Part shown: piece by piece, positions 1-10,334 of the stretch
How positions within the stretch are numbered: position 1 is the first letter of the stretch
How the letters are laid out: the number at the start of each line of letters is the position of its first letter
Sequence record: LC727695.1
Direction: 5' to 3' (one strand)
DNA: 64,000 nucleotides
Notes under the pieces: generated by a model
Database searches by the model: none
The model's input: the letters and a program-made list of their open reading frames with translations, nothing else
Told to the model about the DNA's origin: nothing
Position numbers and translations under genes: made by a program

Positions 1-2
1 TT

Positions 3-587
<585 letters not shown>

Positions 588-595
588 GGTGTGTA

Positions 596-1039
596 ATGGC
601 TGATACAAGAGCTGAATTAGTAGCTGCTTGGAATGTGGCTAATAAACCTAAAGATAATAATGGTAAGCCTAGGGATTTAACTGTTGATGATGTTGAATTT
701 ATAGGGACTGATACATTCTTAGCAACTGGTACAAATGCCAAAACAACAATGAGAGCGAAGACCAGTTCACTTTATTTTAAAGGTGAGACAGTTATTTACT
801 TTAATAGACGCTCTTTACCAGAGTACTGTCTTGGTATAAAAGTACCGGGTAAACCAACTGACTATACTGATAATTTAGAAGTAGCTGAAAAATTAAGAGA
901 TGTTTACGGTATTCCATTTATTATAGATGAGATACAACCGCAACCTATTACTGGGAATACGGTTACGATACATCCATACTTTAATAACTTGTCGTGGATA
1001 CCAACAATACCAGTAACTCTTGAATTTGAAAGTAGTTAA
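596..1039 (+). CDS. Putative virion/tail-associated structural protein (gp126-like)
   Basis: 147 aa ORF with a GAGG RBS upstream, followed by a terminator. Function is inferred from synteny. Confidence 0.6.
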   Translation: MADTRAELVAAWNVANKPKDNNGKPRDLTVDDVEFIGTDTFLATGTNAKTTMRAKTSSLYFKGETVIYFNRRSLPEYCLGIKVPGKPTDYTDNLEVAEKLRDVYGIPFIIDEIQPQPITGNTVTIHPYFNNLSWIPTIPVTLEFESS

Positions 1040-1060
1040 ATAAAAAAAATAAAGACATAG

Positions 1061-1082
1061 CCCCTCTCCATGCGGAGAGGGG
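1061..1082. terminator. Bidirectional intrinsic terminator
   Basis: Stem CCCCTCTCC-atgc-GGAGAGGGG between convergent genes, with an A-run on its left. Confidence 0.85.
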
Positions 1083-1102
1083 TTTATGCCATTACTTAAT
1101 TA

Positions 1103-1735
1103 TTACCATTCAACCTTAAATTCACCGCATTTAAATGACAGTTTATTAGATCGATGATCTCGCCCAAACCAACATCCTTCCTTGGTAACTGCATCTGCGA
1201 TTTGTGGTTTAACCATATTGTTTTTGTATGATTCACGAAGTGCAGTATATAGGGCTTTATGACATGTTTCGAAGAATACCTTATTAATAGGATTCTTATC
1301 ATTAACTCGTGCTAGTGAATGTTTATCAAGAAGAGTGTGCATTCCAATTGAATACTTCTGGATAGTTTCTAGATCTTTCTTAAGCGCCCAGATACCATAA
1401 GTTACTTTTAGAGAAGTATTAGCTTTGGTTGATGGAATAAATGCTGATGGGTCATCAATCATTGGTGCTAATTGCTCAGTGGAATATGGATTATAAGAAA
1501 GATATTGTTGGCCATCCCAAATATACATATCCATTGTATCTTGAACGACATATAGAACTAGAACTTTACCATTTGCCGGTAGATCACATTTTGTATTTAC
1601 TTCTACAGTGTCATTAAAATCTGGTTTATAGTTACTATAACTATTCATCAATACCACATCATCGAATAGTCCTGCCATATTCACCGTATTTTTGTTTAGT
1701 AATTCTTTAAAGAATTTATTCATTTTAGCTAGCAT
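1103..1735 (-). CDS. Hypothetical protein (gp125-like)
   Basis: 210 aa ORF with a GGAG RBS. Confidence 0.75.
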   Translation of the reverse strand: MLAKMNKFFKELLNKNTVNMAGLFDDVVLMNSYSNYKPDFNDTVEVNTKCDLPANGKVLVLYVVQDTMDMYIWDGQQYLSYNPYSTEQLAPMIDDPSAFIPSTKANTSLKVTYGIWALKKDLETIQKYSIGMHTLLDKHSLARVNDKNPINKVFFETCHKALYTALRESYKNNMVKPQIADAVTKEGCWFGRDHRSNKLSFKCGEFKVEW

Positions 1736-1788
1736 TGTATTACTCCTTTTTTACAATATTTGATTAAACTATACATTACTCATAAATA

Positions 1789-1808
1789 AGCCCCTCCGAA
1801 GAGGGGCT
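1789..1808 (-). terminator. Intrinsic terminator with c(UUCG)g loop
   Basis: AGCCCCTC-TTCG-GAGGGGCT on the minus strand, just after the 721 aa gene. Confidence 0.85.
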
Positions 1809-1815
1809 TTCATGC

Positions 1816-3981
1816 TTATTTGATAAGCTTAAGTAGAACAGCATTATCAACAAGAGCGCCACGAATAACTTGTAGATAAGATCCATCAGCAGTGATAATG
1901 TACATTTTGTGGGTACGTGCATCATCTGAATCTTTAGAGCTATTTAGACGCTTTGCCATTCCCATGATTACTTGAGTAATCTTAGGTTCAGTAAGTTTAC
2001 TGATAAGCACTGCTTTCTCGGTATAAATATTTAGGCAGGATAGTTCCTCAAGGCGCCAGCCAGTTTGGAAACGCACTGATAGATCTAGAATAGAATTACC
2101 TTCTTCTGGATCAATATTAACACACATACTCCGTCCAACAATAAACGGAATACTAGCGGTAAATTTATCAGCTACTGACTTACCCTTCTTACCGACCAGA
2201 TATGCGATAAGGTCACCGATATCTTCACAGAAGTCATCAATGGTTACCTTCTGACTCATTGAATCAGCCAGGAACTCATTAACTGCACTGGTGAGCCTTT
2301 CAACTAGGAACCGATAGTAGCGTTGAGCCAGCTTACCATCTAGCATTAGTTGCTTAAGGCGCTTTGCAATTAGATGCGGATCGGGTTCTTTTCGAATATC
2401 CTCGATCTCATACATGACTTCAGTTGAAGCATCAAATGGATGGGATGATGCTGCGCGATACTCATGTGCTGGAACTACATCATCTTCGCTTAGCTCAAGT
2501 GCTTCACGAACTGCATTGAGTGCACCAGCTTCTGCTTCAAGATTATTTGCACAAGCAATATAACCTTCTAGGATAACTGGATCATGTTCACGATTATCAG
2601 TTAACCCAGCATCATTTGGTGAAAACTCTTCGGCTACTTCTTTAACCGGTTTGGCATCACCCATAATGGTAGATAGCTTATAACTGGTTGCAGTACGCGC
2701 ACCACCACCACGATGTGCTTGACGACGGAGATCATCTTGAAGCTCATGCTTTAGATAATCCATTTCCATGTGATTCTCCCACTTACGATATACTTCATGT
2801 ACAGTGTTATCAGGCCATTTAGCAAGGAAGCGACAATATACTGCCGGATCCATTAGGATGCTGTATGGATTAGCTGAACTAGCAGTACGTACCCAATCAG
2901 GTTTATCTGCAACTAGATGAGCAGGTCGGATTTCAATGCCACCTGGATTATAGATAACATCCATCGGACGATCTTTATTAATTACAAATCCATTGGGTAC
3001 ATAATAGTTCGGATCGAATACGAGTTCTTTCACATCTTGAGGGATGGGTAGATCCGTATTATCATTAGTTACAGTATTTGCATTTTGTTGTAGTTCAGGT
3101 AGAATCATTACATCACCTCCACCAGGGATTGTATCATAACTACTATTTGGAGATACTTCAACAGTGGCACCCCAAGAGTCTTTAGGTTGCATGACTGGTT
3201 TGTTTTCCAGGAAAGGAGAAGAACCAGGTACGTCATATGCAGCATTTGCAATTGATGGACCAGTGTCATGATTAGTTGTTGGTGTATATGCCCCTGGAAT
3301 GTTCAGCTGCGGATTAGCCATGGTAGCCGGTTGACCATAGGTCTGTTGGATACCTGCGTTAATTGGAGGTAGTTGTGAACTCATGCCAGGACGACCCATT
3401 GCTGCACCCATTCCAGGGAAACTTCCAGGCTGTACACCAGGTTGTTGATATCCACCCTGCATCATGGTGTTACCACCCATACGCATCTTTTGGATATCTG
3501 ATTCAATCTGCCCGATTACACCAAGTGCCTGTTGGATATTCGGCATTAGATGTTGAACTAGACTTTGTAGCTGCGGGAAGGTTTGAGCACATTTACCAAC
3601 AAAACCAGACCATACTAGAGATGCAGCTTGCTGCATTGCCTGCTGTGGGTTATTCACCATTTGACGATGAATAAATAGAAACTCTAGAAAGTCAATAACT
3701 TTCTGAGCCCACTGCTGATAATAGTTATTCTGAAAACCATTACTAGATAGCAGATTATACGCAAATGCATGAAGCTGGGTGGTAGTAGCAGCATTTTGAG
3801 CATTCAGCCGGAACAGCCCAATTACACCATTGAAATATGGTTGTAGTTGAGGATGTTGTTGATGTGGTGATAACTGTAGCGGTAGGCTAAACAGATAATT
3901 CCCATTAGGTAGGTTAGGATCGAAAGTACTGGTATCTACACTCTCAAAATCGACAGGTAGATTGTACTGTGCATAGTTCAT
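1816..3981 (-). CDS. Conserved phiKZ-like protein with a Q/G/P/M-rich low-complexity linker (gp124-like)
   Basis: 721 aa ORF located downstream of the nvRNAP subunit gene. Confidence 0.75.
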   Translation of the reverse strand: MNYAQYNLPVDFESVDTSTFDPNLPNGNYLFSLPLQLSPHQQHPQLQPYFNGVIGLFRLNAQNAATTTQLHAFAYNLLSSNGFQNNYYQQWAQKVIDFLEFLFIHRQMVNNPQQAMQQAASLVWSGFVGKCAQTFPQLQSLVQHLMPNIQQALGVIGQIESDIQKMRMGGNTMMQGGYQQPGVQPGSFPGMGAAMGRPGMSSQLPPINAGIQQTYGQPATMANPQLNIPGAYTPTTNHDTGPSIANAAYDVPGSSPFLENKPVMQPKDSWGATVEVSPNSSYDTIPGGGDVMILPELQQNANTVTNDNTDLPIPQDVKELVFDPNYYVPNGFVINKDRPMDVIYNPGGIEIRPAHLVADKPDWVRTASSANPYSILMDPAVYCRFLAKWPDNTVHEVYRKWENHMEMDYLKHELQDDLRRQAHRGGGARTATSYKLSTIMGDAKPVKEVAEEFSPNDAGLTDNREHDPVILEGYIACANNLEAEAGALNAVREALELSEDDVVPAHEYRAASSHPFDASTEVMYEIEDIRKEPDPHLIAKRLKQLMLDGKLAQRYYRFLVERLTSAVNEFLADSMSQKVTIDDFCEDIGDLIAYLVGKKGKSVADKFTASIPFIVGRSMCVNIDPEEGNSILDLSVRFQTGWRLEELSCLNIYTEKAVLISKLTEPKITQVIMGMAKRLNSSKDSDDARTHKMYIITADGSYLQVIRGALVDNAVLLKLIK

Positions 3982-4016
3982 GTGAATAATACCTATTAAG
4001 TAGTTAAAGATTTAAT

Positions 4017-5648
4017 TTATTTTGCACGGAACATTAATTGAGCGTTGTCAATTATTTCACGCACTTCTTCACGACGTTCAACTAGTCCAGTTGGACCCAC
4101 TTTGGTATACATATTAAGCCTACCTCGACCATCCGGGTTGTTCTTGGGTTGGTTTTTATATTGACCTACCTCAGCAATAGATGCGTGAATAATCCTAGAT
4201 GAGTCATTGATTAGAGACTTATTATGCGCCTTAGCTGTTTTAGCGCGATCCTGTGTAACTAGGATAGATGTCCCTTTAATCAGCATACTAGAGTTTGGAT
4301 TACTCATTGTATCGAGTTCACCATGATCCACTGTTAATCGTTTAATAGCTGTCTGTAGTTTAAAGGAACGCTTTAAACCTTCATTTAGCTCTTGTACAGT
4401 CCATTCACGATCACGCCTAGACTGGAACATATAGCCAAACATACTTACAGCATAGTTAAACTCTGACATCAAGTAATGCAGTACTGTTAACCTTTTACCA
4501 TACATACTAGTTTCATCAATATCAGTAGCATAAAGATGGTGAGCCAAACTAGTCATGATCTCGTAAAGAAGTTCCCAAATAGTACTTACATTGACACCAA
4601 CTGTTTTAAGTTCTTCAATAGTCATTTCGTCTAGTGAATTACAGAAACTGTGTAGGTGTGAATCAATGTTTTCCTCTACCTTACCTTGGTGTTCAAAATC
4701 ACCAAACACCATGTGACCTAGGATAACACGCCATAAGTTGGTACTATCTACATATTCAGGTCGAGTGAATCGCATTGGAAATGCATCGACTACATACCAG
4801 AAACCAGCGATAAGTCGTGTGGCAAAAATAGATTCTTGGTGACGAGGCATAACAAGAACCATTTCGCCGGTTGGGTGTTTGCCTTTTAATGTTGCACTGG
4901 AATAAATATTCCACTTTTCACGTGGATATTCTTCTTCAGGAAAATCAGACAGTAGTCCACACTTAACATCTACATTAGCCCATTGTTTGAAAGTTTGAGT
5001 TACTCCAAACTGACAGAAGAAATAATGAGCTAAACATGACTCAATATGTGGTCTATTATCCAGATCTCGTTTAGTACGCTTAGCCATTTCATTGTGAATC
5101 TGTGACCAGATTACATACATGATTTTACGCTGACCATTGCACATGTAATGGTGGTCAGTTTGTTTAAAGGTCAGCTTAGTACGACGAAACGGGATGAAAA
5201 TACTATCATTAAGTACAGAGAACCCAACATCAGTTAATACTGGTGAACCGATATATTTCGCACCATTGATAGTTACCATATTGCCTCTCTTAAAAGCTGG
5301 TAACAGCATTGGGCGAGGATAAAGCATTTCCCCTTTATAACTAAACATTAGGTCAATCATGTACATATCAGTTGGAGCAATATTGGCAATACGCTTAGCA
5401 TTATATTCCCGAGTAATCTCTTCAAAATGCTTAAGCGGTGTACATGCACGATTGCCTTCATATTTGAAGCCATCGGGAAATAGAACTGAACTGATATCAA
5501 ATAAAGAATCAATATAACGCCTGGTCATATTAACACCAGTATTTGGATCACGAGTCATGGTGTGTTCGACTGTGATACCATTTGCTAGTGTTGGATTCAT
5601 GCAAGGCGTATTTTCACGAATCTTTTCAATTAGAAATGGATCCGGCAT
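4017..5648 (-). CDS. Non-virion RNA polymerase beta-like subunit (gp123-like)
   Basis: 543 aa. C-terminal H.S..G.....(P)..NP.GRGRLN segment resembles the RNAP beta fork region. Size and position match the phiKZ nvRNAP subunit as I recall it. Confidence 0.85.
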   Translation of the reverse strand: MPDPFLIEKIRENTPCMNPTLANGITVEHTMTRDPNTGVNMTRRYIDSLFDISSVLFPDGFKYEGNRACTPLKHFEEITREYNAKRIANIAPTDMYMIDLMFSYKGEMLYPRPMLLPAFKRGNMVTINGAKYIGSPVLTDVGFSVLNDSIFIPFRRTKLTFKQTDHHYMCNGQRKIMYVIWSQIHNEMAKRTKRDLDNRPHIESCLAHYFFCQFGVTQTFKQWANVDVKCGLLSDFPEEEYPREKWNIYSSATLKGKHPTGEMVLVMPRHQESIFATRLIAGFWYVVDAFPMRFTRPEYVDSTNLWRVILGHMVFGDFEHQGKVEENIDSHLHSFCNSLDEMTIEELKTVGVNVSTIWELLYEIMTSLAHHLYATDIDETSMYGKRLTVLHYLMSEFNYAVSMFGYMFQSRRDREWTVQELNEGLKRSFKLQTAIKRLTVDHGELDTMSNPNSSMLIKGTSILVTQDRAKTAKAHNKSLINDSSRIIHASIAEVGQYKNQPKNNPDGRGRLNMYTKVGPTGLVERREEVREIIDNAQLMFRAK

Positions 5649-5657
5649 TATAAACTC

Positions 5658-6740
5658 CTAAACTTTTGGCAAAATTAAATCCATCAGTGAACCTACAATT
5701 TTAATGGATGATACTAGATCAGAGGCAATGGAGTTTAGATCACCCCATTTTAGACCATGAATCAATACAACATCTTTTGGTTTGAATTCTTTATCAAACG
5801 TACCAGCTGCTTTTTCCTGGGCTTCCCTTTCCTTAATATCAGCCGCTGTTAAGAGTGCAGTCTTAAGACGTTCAATAACTTTCTTATCTTTAATTCCAAC
5901 CATTGCAGCAGCTTCTTCATGTGTTCTAAAGAAACCATTTTCATGGAACTGTTCAGGAGGTATTACATATCTCTTTTCGCCATTATGACTAATACATCCA
6001 TGCTTACCACGGATATTAACAATAAGACCAGGATCTAATGATGGATTGTAGATTGACTCAATGGCCATAATTCTGCCAGCCATTACATAAAACAATTTAT
6101 CTGGTTTATTGATGTCAGTATTATACGTTAAAGAATATGTTTCATTCCATACTTGATTAGAAAGTGCTTCTTCTTCTGGACTAAGTCCGCTGTAACCAGG
6201 AGGACTAATATTTCTATTTGGATAAAATTCAAAATACTGACTATACTCAGTTTTAAATACTTGGATACCTAAACTCTGAATCCAACCACCATGATACTGA
6301 TCTACTAGTTTTGATAAGTCAATTGAATACCAAATAGTAATCTCAGATAGCTGGTTATTAAACTGATCGAATGTCTGTCGACTAAATGACTGAATATATT
6401 CTAACATTTCCTCAGGTGTAAAACCTGGAATAGATTTAGCCATAACTTCATAGTTAAAACTATCATCACCACTCCATCGGTAAATGACCTTAACTACTAG
6501 TCTATTAGACATTACATACTTACGGGATGTCCCAATATTGATAGCGTGACCAGATGAATCGACTACAGTAATACGATGAAATGATTCATTCCGATACTCA
6601 ACAAAACGTGAGACAGGGAGATTCCAATTAGCGTATGGATCACCCTTAGTGTATGCAGTTCCCGATTTCTTATCATACGGGTGATCGATAGTAGGCTTAA
6701 CTGATACTTGAGTAAGCCCCGCAATTTTTAGTGTTACCAT
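5658..6740 (-). CDS. Hypothetical protein (gp122-like)
   Basis: 360 aa ORF in an operon with the nvRNAP subunit gene. Confidence 0.75.
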   Translation of the reverse strand: MVTLKIAGLTQVSVKPTIDHPYDKKSGTAYTKGDPYANWNLPVSRFVEYRNESFHRITVVDSSGHAINIGTSRKYVMSNRLVVKVIYRWSGDDSFNYEVMAKSIPGFTPEEMLEYIQSFSRQTFDQFNNQLSEITIWYSIDLSKLVDQYHGGWIQSLGIQVFKTEYSQYFEFYPNRNISPPGYSGLSPEEEALSNQVWNETYSLTYNTDINKPDKLFYVMAGRIMAIESIYNPSLDPGLIVNIRGKHGCISHNGEKRYVIPPEQFHENGFFRTHEEAAAMVGIKDKKVIERLKTALLTAADIKEREAQEKAAGTFDKEFKPKDVVLIHGLKWGDLNSIASDLVSSIKIVGSLMDLILPKV

Positions 6741-7149
6741 TGAAATCTACCTTAATCACAACGGCCTCCAAATCTACAATGTTGGGGAGCCTCTTTTTAG
6801 TTTGATGTACGGACCTTCCCTTAAAGGATTCACTCTTTTCCTTATTACTTGATTTCTGCCATTTATGCGGGTCACTCGAACAATATAACTTTTCGGTGGC
6901 CCGCTTAAACTGTTTTTCTTGAAGGATCTCCTCAATGTTTTTCTTGGCATAATCAGTAATAAAGTCCTCTAGCCCTTTGGGCATAAAGGCATCCTGAACA
7001 GGATGGAATTCTTCAAAGAAAGTATTAATGTATTTATCATCATCTACGGTAGACATCTTATTATCTACCATGGTATTTTTTTCTATAAGAGATACCCTTA
7101 GGGCATCTTGCCATCTTTCGATGACTTCTGGAAATAATTGAACGTTCAT
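6697..7149 (-). CDS. Hypothetical protein (gp121-like)
   Basis: 150 aa ORF directly downstream of an early-promoter motif. It overlaps the next gene by 44 nt. Confidence 0.7.
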   Translation of the reverse strand: MNVQLFPEVIERWQDALRVSLIEKNTMVDNKMSTVDDDKYINTFFEEFHPVQDAFMPKGLEDFITDYAKKNIEEILQEKQFKRATEKLYCSSDPHKWQKSSNKEKSESFKGRSVHQTKKRLPNIVDLEAVVIKVDFNGNTKNCGAYSSIS

Positions 7150-7192
7150 TTGGATTAACCTATTTTTAAATTAGAAGATCATGATCATTACT

Positions 7193-7209
7193 GTAATATA
7201 GATCTTAAA
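7193..7209 (-). promoter_or_regulatory. phiKZ-type early (virion RNAP) promoter
   Basis: Minus strand TTTAAgatcTATATTAC matches the TTTAA-N4-TATATTAC pattern seen at other sites in this window and the reported phiKZ early consensus. Confidence 0.8.
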
Positions 7210-7235
7210 CTTTTTTTAATGTAATACAACATAAA

Positions 7236-7255
7236 GCCCTCCCCGAAGGGAGGGC
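7236..7255 (-). terminator. Capsid operon terminator
   Basis: GCCCTCCC-TTCG-GGGAGGGC on the minus strand. Confidence 0.9.
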
Positions 7256-7264
7256 CTATGTCTG

Positions 7265-7345
7265 TTACTCTTCTAACTTCCGGGCATTGCCGTCTTCCAA
7301 ATAACGGATAGTCCCATTTTCTAGATAACGGTAACCCTTTCCAGC
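7265..7345 (-). other. In-frame 26-codon extension after the capsid TGA (candidate readthrough domain AGKGYRYLENGTIRYLEDGNARKLEE)
   Basis: Translated by hand from 7345 to the TAA at 7267-7265. It contains an internal RxLE(N/D)G repeat and has no start codon of its own. Confidence 0.6.
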
Positions 7346-9589
7346 TCACGGCTTAAGATCAGCAAGCTTACCGTTGAACTGAGTTTCGCCCATGACTTTC
7401 TGGAAGCCAGTGATCTTGAACTCTAGCGCGAACGGAATGTTGTTGACGTGTAGGTTGAACGGAATGGCCGCGATTTCGCGAGTAACCTGGTGACCACCAC
7501 GAGTGATCGGTAGGTCAGCGATAACAGTAGATACGTAGAAGAACTGGCCCCAGGAGAGGATGTCGTTTTCTTGTTGTACTGCGCGGGTCGGAATTACAAC
7601 TAGCTTACCATCAAATAGCTGGTTGTTGGTGGAAACGATATCGTACTTGAGATAAGCACCTAGAGTACGGTCGTCACCTTTAGTCATTAGATAGTTAGCA
7701 ATCTCTTTGTCGGAGCAGAAGAGATACATCGGAGTTTCATCCTGGTTACCGGAGATAACACGGAAGGCAGCTTCAATGTTGGAATCACGGTGAGCCGGGA
7801 ATAGCTCAGCTTTAACACAGTTTAGGATCGCAGCGCAAACGTCGTCCCAACGATCTTTAGACTTGATGGTGTCGATGACTTTCTCAAGATCTAGTTCTTT
7901 GTAACGATAGGTCGGACGCATTACAGCGGATAGTGCACCTTCGATGATACCAAACTTCGGACGGTTGTAACCATTGTGTACAACTTCACGTAGTTGAGCA
8001 AGGTAGTTAAGCATGCGCTTAACAGCGTTGTTGCTGTTACGGATGTTGGTGTTAACAGTTAGAGCTTTAACAACCTCACCCGGACCTTCATCGGTCATGG
8101 TGTCCATCGGTAGAGTTACAGGAGCGTGCATCGGGATCGGATGACGGAACTGTAGTGCACGGGTCTGTAGTAGGTGACCACGCTGACGACGGTTAGTGTT
8201 GGTGAAGCGAGTATCTAGTTCGAAACCGATAACAGCTAGGTCAGTTAGCTGATCTAGAATAGCTTTAACAGCCGGGTCAGCATTATCCATTACCTGGCCA
8301 TCTTCGTTTAGAACTTTATCGACGTAAGTGTCGGTAGCACCAAACTTAGAATCGCCTTTGGATAGGCTGATAGTACCACCAAAACCAACGCTTAGACGTA
8401 GGCTTAGTTTAGCAGTCTTAAGGTCGTTAATAACGCCATCAGCTGAACCGTCGATGAAAGTGGTATCGCCACTAACAACAAGGTCATCGCTATCGAAACG
8501 GATAACTGCGTTCCGGGTATCACCAACTAGATCGGGCTGGAACACAGCGCGAGGTAGACGGTCAACCTTGAACTTAACAACTTTACCGCCGAGTAGAACG
8601 AATAGGTTCTTTAGACGACCAGCCGGATCAATGGTGTCAGAAACTTCAAGCATGCCACGCTGAATGAGTAGGTTAGCATTGGAGTTACCCATTAGATCAA
8701 GACGTACGTTCGCTTTTAGCGGAGCAGTAGTGATAGTTAGGTTCTGCTCGTTCTTGATGGTGTACGGAGGAACAAGAGCCGGGTCTACGAAGAAGTCAGC
8801 ATTGGAACCAGCCGGATCTAGGGCAGGAATTAGTGCAATGCTTTCGTCGTCGAGGATGGAAGGATCACGATAGGCTTCTACCATGTTCACTTCTTCGTTA
8901 TCCATCTTAACGCCGGATACTTCGTGGTAAACGTCTTTCATTACAGCGATGTAAGGAAGAACCTGAACAACACCACCTTCAATCGGGTTGATAACGGTGG
9001 TCGGATAGATACGCTCAGCGAATTCATCCTGACGGCTAGCAGCTAGGTTATAACCAATAGTTACAACACGGAAATCACGCTGTGACTTCTCGTTATAGTT
9101 CTCTAGGCCAACACCATTTTCGAATACTTGAATGCCACCAGCAGGGCCATTGAACTGATGCTGTACAACCTTAACATGATCTTCATTAGAAGCTTTAGCT
9201 TTGGTAATACCACGTAGTGCACGGATATATTTAGTTTCATCAGCACAGGCGATAGCAGCCATGGTAGCAGCAGTGATTTGGTTCTCACGGACACGTTCTT
9301 CACGAGCACGTACTTGAGGATCACTGGAACTTACTCGTTCGAAACCATAGTCGTTAACGAGCATTTGCATTTTGTTATAAATTGCAGCGGCATCTTGAAT
9401 GTCGGTAGCTTGCACGGTACCGAAGTTTTCATGTGAAATGCTGCTAATAAGGGAACGACCTTGACTAACAACGCTGTCATTTAGACCAATTTCACTTTCT
9501 AGGCGGCCAATGAAATCTTCCATTGAGAAGACTTCGTAATTCTTTTCGCCTTTGTGTTTAAACAGTTCTCTTAGGGCATGTACGCTCAT
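7346..9589 (-). CDS. Major capsid protein precursor (gp120-like)
   Basis: 747 aa with high-expression codon bias. The propeptide ends at a G-L-E motif (NGVGLE|NYNEK), matching the S/A/G-X-E specificity of the phiKZ prohead protease. Confidence 0.92.
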   Translation of the reverse strand: MSVHALRELFKHKGEKNYEVFSMEDFIGRLESEIGLNDSVVSQGRSLISSISHENFGTVQATDIQDAAAIYNKMQMLVNDYGFERVSSSDPQVRAREERVRENQITAATMAAIACADETKYIRALRGITKAKASNEDHVKVVQHQFNGPAGGIQVFENGVGLENYNEKSQRDFRVVTIGYNLAASRQDEFAERIYPTTVINPIEGGVVQVLPYIAVMKDVYHEVSGVKMDNEEVNMVEAYRDPSILDDESIALIPALDPAGSNADFFVDPALVPPYTIKNEQNLTITTAPLKANVRLDLMGNSNANLLIQRGMLEVSDTIDPAGRLKNLFVLLGGKVVKFKVDRLPRAVFQPDLVGDTRNAVIRFDSDDLVVSGDTTFIDGSADGVINDLKTAKLSLRLSVGFGGTISLSKGDSKFGATDTYVDKVLNEDGQVMDNADPAVKAILDQLTDLAVIGFELDTRFTNTNRRQRGHLLQTRALQFRHPIPMHAPVTLPMDTMTDEGPGEVVKALTVNTNIRNSNNAVKRMLNYLAQLREVVHNGYNRPKFGIIEGALSAVMRPTYRYKELDLEKVIDTIKSKDRWDDVCAAILNCVKAELFPAHRDSNIEAAFRVISGNQDETPMYLFCSDKEIANYLMTKGDDRTLGAYLKYDIVSTNNQLFDGKLVVIPTRAVQQENDILSWGQFFYVSTVIADLPITRGGHQVTREIAAIPFNLHVNNIPFALEFKITGFQKVMGETQFNGKLADLKP

Positions 9590-9661
9590 TTTTTATTCCT
9601 ACGTAGGATGAGTTTTTGGTTTAAAAATTTGGGTCTACTAAGCATCTTTTCCGGAATCAAC

Positions 9662-10195
9662 CTAGCAGCTCTCCAAATAATAGGTAAAAATTTGTGTTGA
9701 CGCCACGGATTCACGTGGGCGGGTGTTCAACATTTCATTTATCATACTATCAAAGAAAGTATGGTTAAGTTGAATTGAGACACGTCTAGGATCGCTACTT
9801 GCAATGTGCGCACTCTGCTGCACCGCAACCCACAGATTCTCATCTACAGGATATAGGTAATAATCGTACACTAAATTACGGTTACCTGCATCCCTAAGTT
9901 CATTAGTCGCTAGGCGGCTCTCTAAACGATTGTGTAAATCCTTCATCTTAAATTGTTCAGGACCGTCTATTTCATCTAACTCAGCAACTTTGATTATCGG
10001 GCTTACTGCTAACTTAATATCTAGTTTTTCTGGTAATAGAAAGGGGAAAGCAGTTAAAGCCTGATGTATCTCCGCAAGATCATTTACGGAGGTTTCGGAA
10101 ACTATATAGTTGGTGTCTAACAATTTGTTAAATTGTACACCTGCTGTTTTATATGATTCAAAAACAGCTTTTGGCATAACCAGAACTTGGGTCAT
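9662..10195 (-). CDS. Head (minor capsid) protein (gp119-like)
   Basis: 177 aa, immediately upstream of and co-oriented with the capsid gene. Confidence 0.7.
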   Translation of the reverse strand: MTQVLVMPKAVFESYKTAGVQFNKLLDTNYIVSETSVNDLAEIHQALTAFPFLLPEKLDIKLAVSPIIKVAELDEIDGPEQFKMKDLHNRLESRLATNELRDAGNRNLVYDYYLYPVDENLWVAVQQSAHIASSDPRRVSIQLNHTFFDSMINEMLNTRPRESVASTQIFTYYLESC

Positions 10196-10268
10196 TGTGA
10201 AAGTACCTATATTGTAACTTTAGGCTTTTGGGAACTGTCTACATAGCAATATAGCAAATACATTCACT

Positions 10269-10276
10269 AAAATTAC
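10269..10276 (+). promoter_or_regulatory. Candidate middle-promoter motif AAAATTAC
   Basis: Matches the reported AAanntTAC middle motif and lies ~60 nt upstream of dnaB. The same motif occurs at ~53746 upstream of the 53847 gene. The motif is short, so support is weak. Confidence 0.45.
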
Positions 10277-10334
10277 TAGCTATCTAAATGATACACTGTA
10301 CATCTCTTAATTTCACAATTGGAAATCTATAAAA

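Noticed and set aside
8328-9324. ORFs 8328..8663, 8664..8873 and 9103..9324 inside the capsid gene
   Set aside because: Shadow or alternative frames produced by the strongly biased codon usage of the capsid gene.
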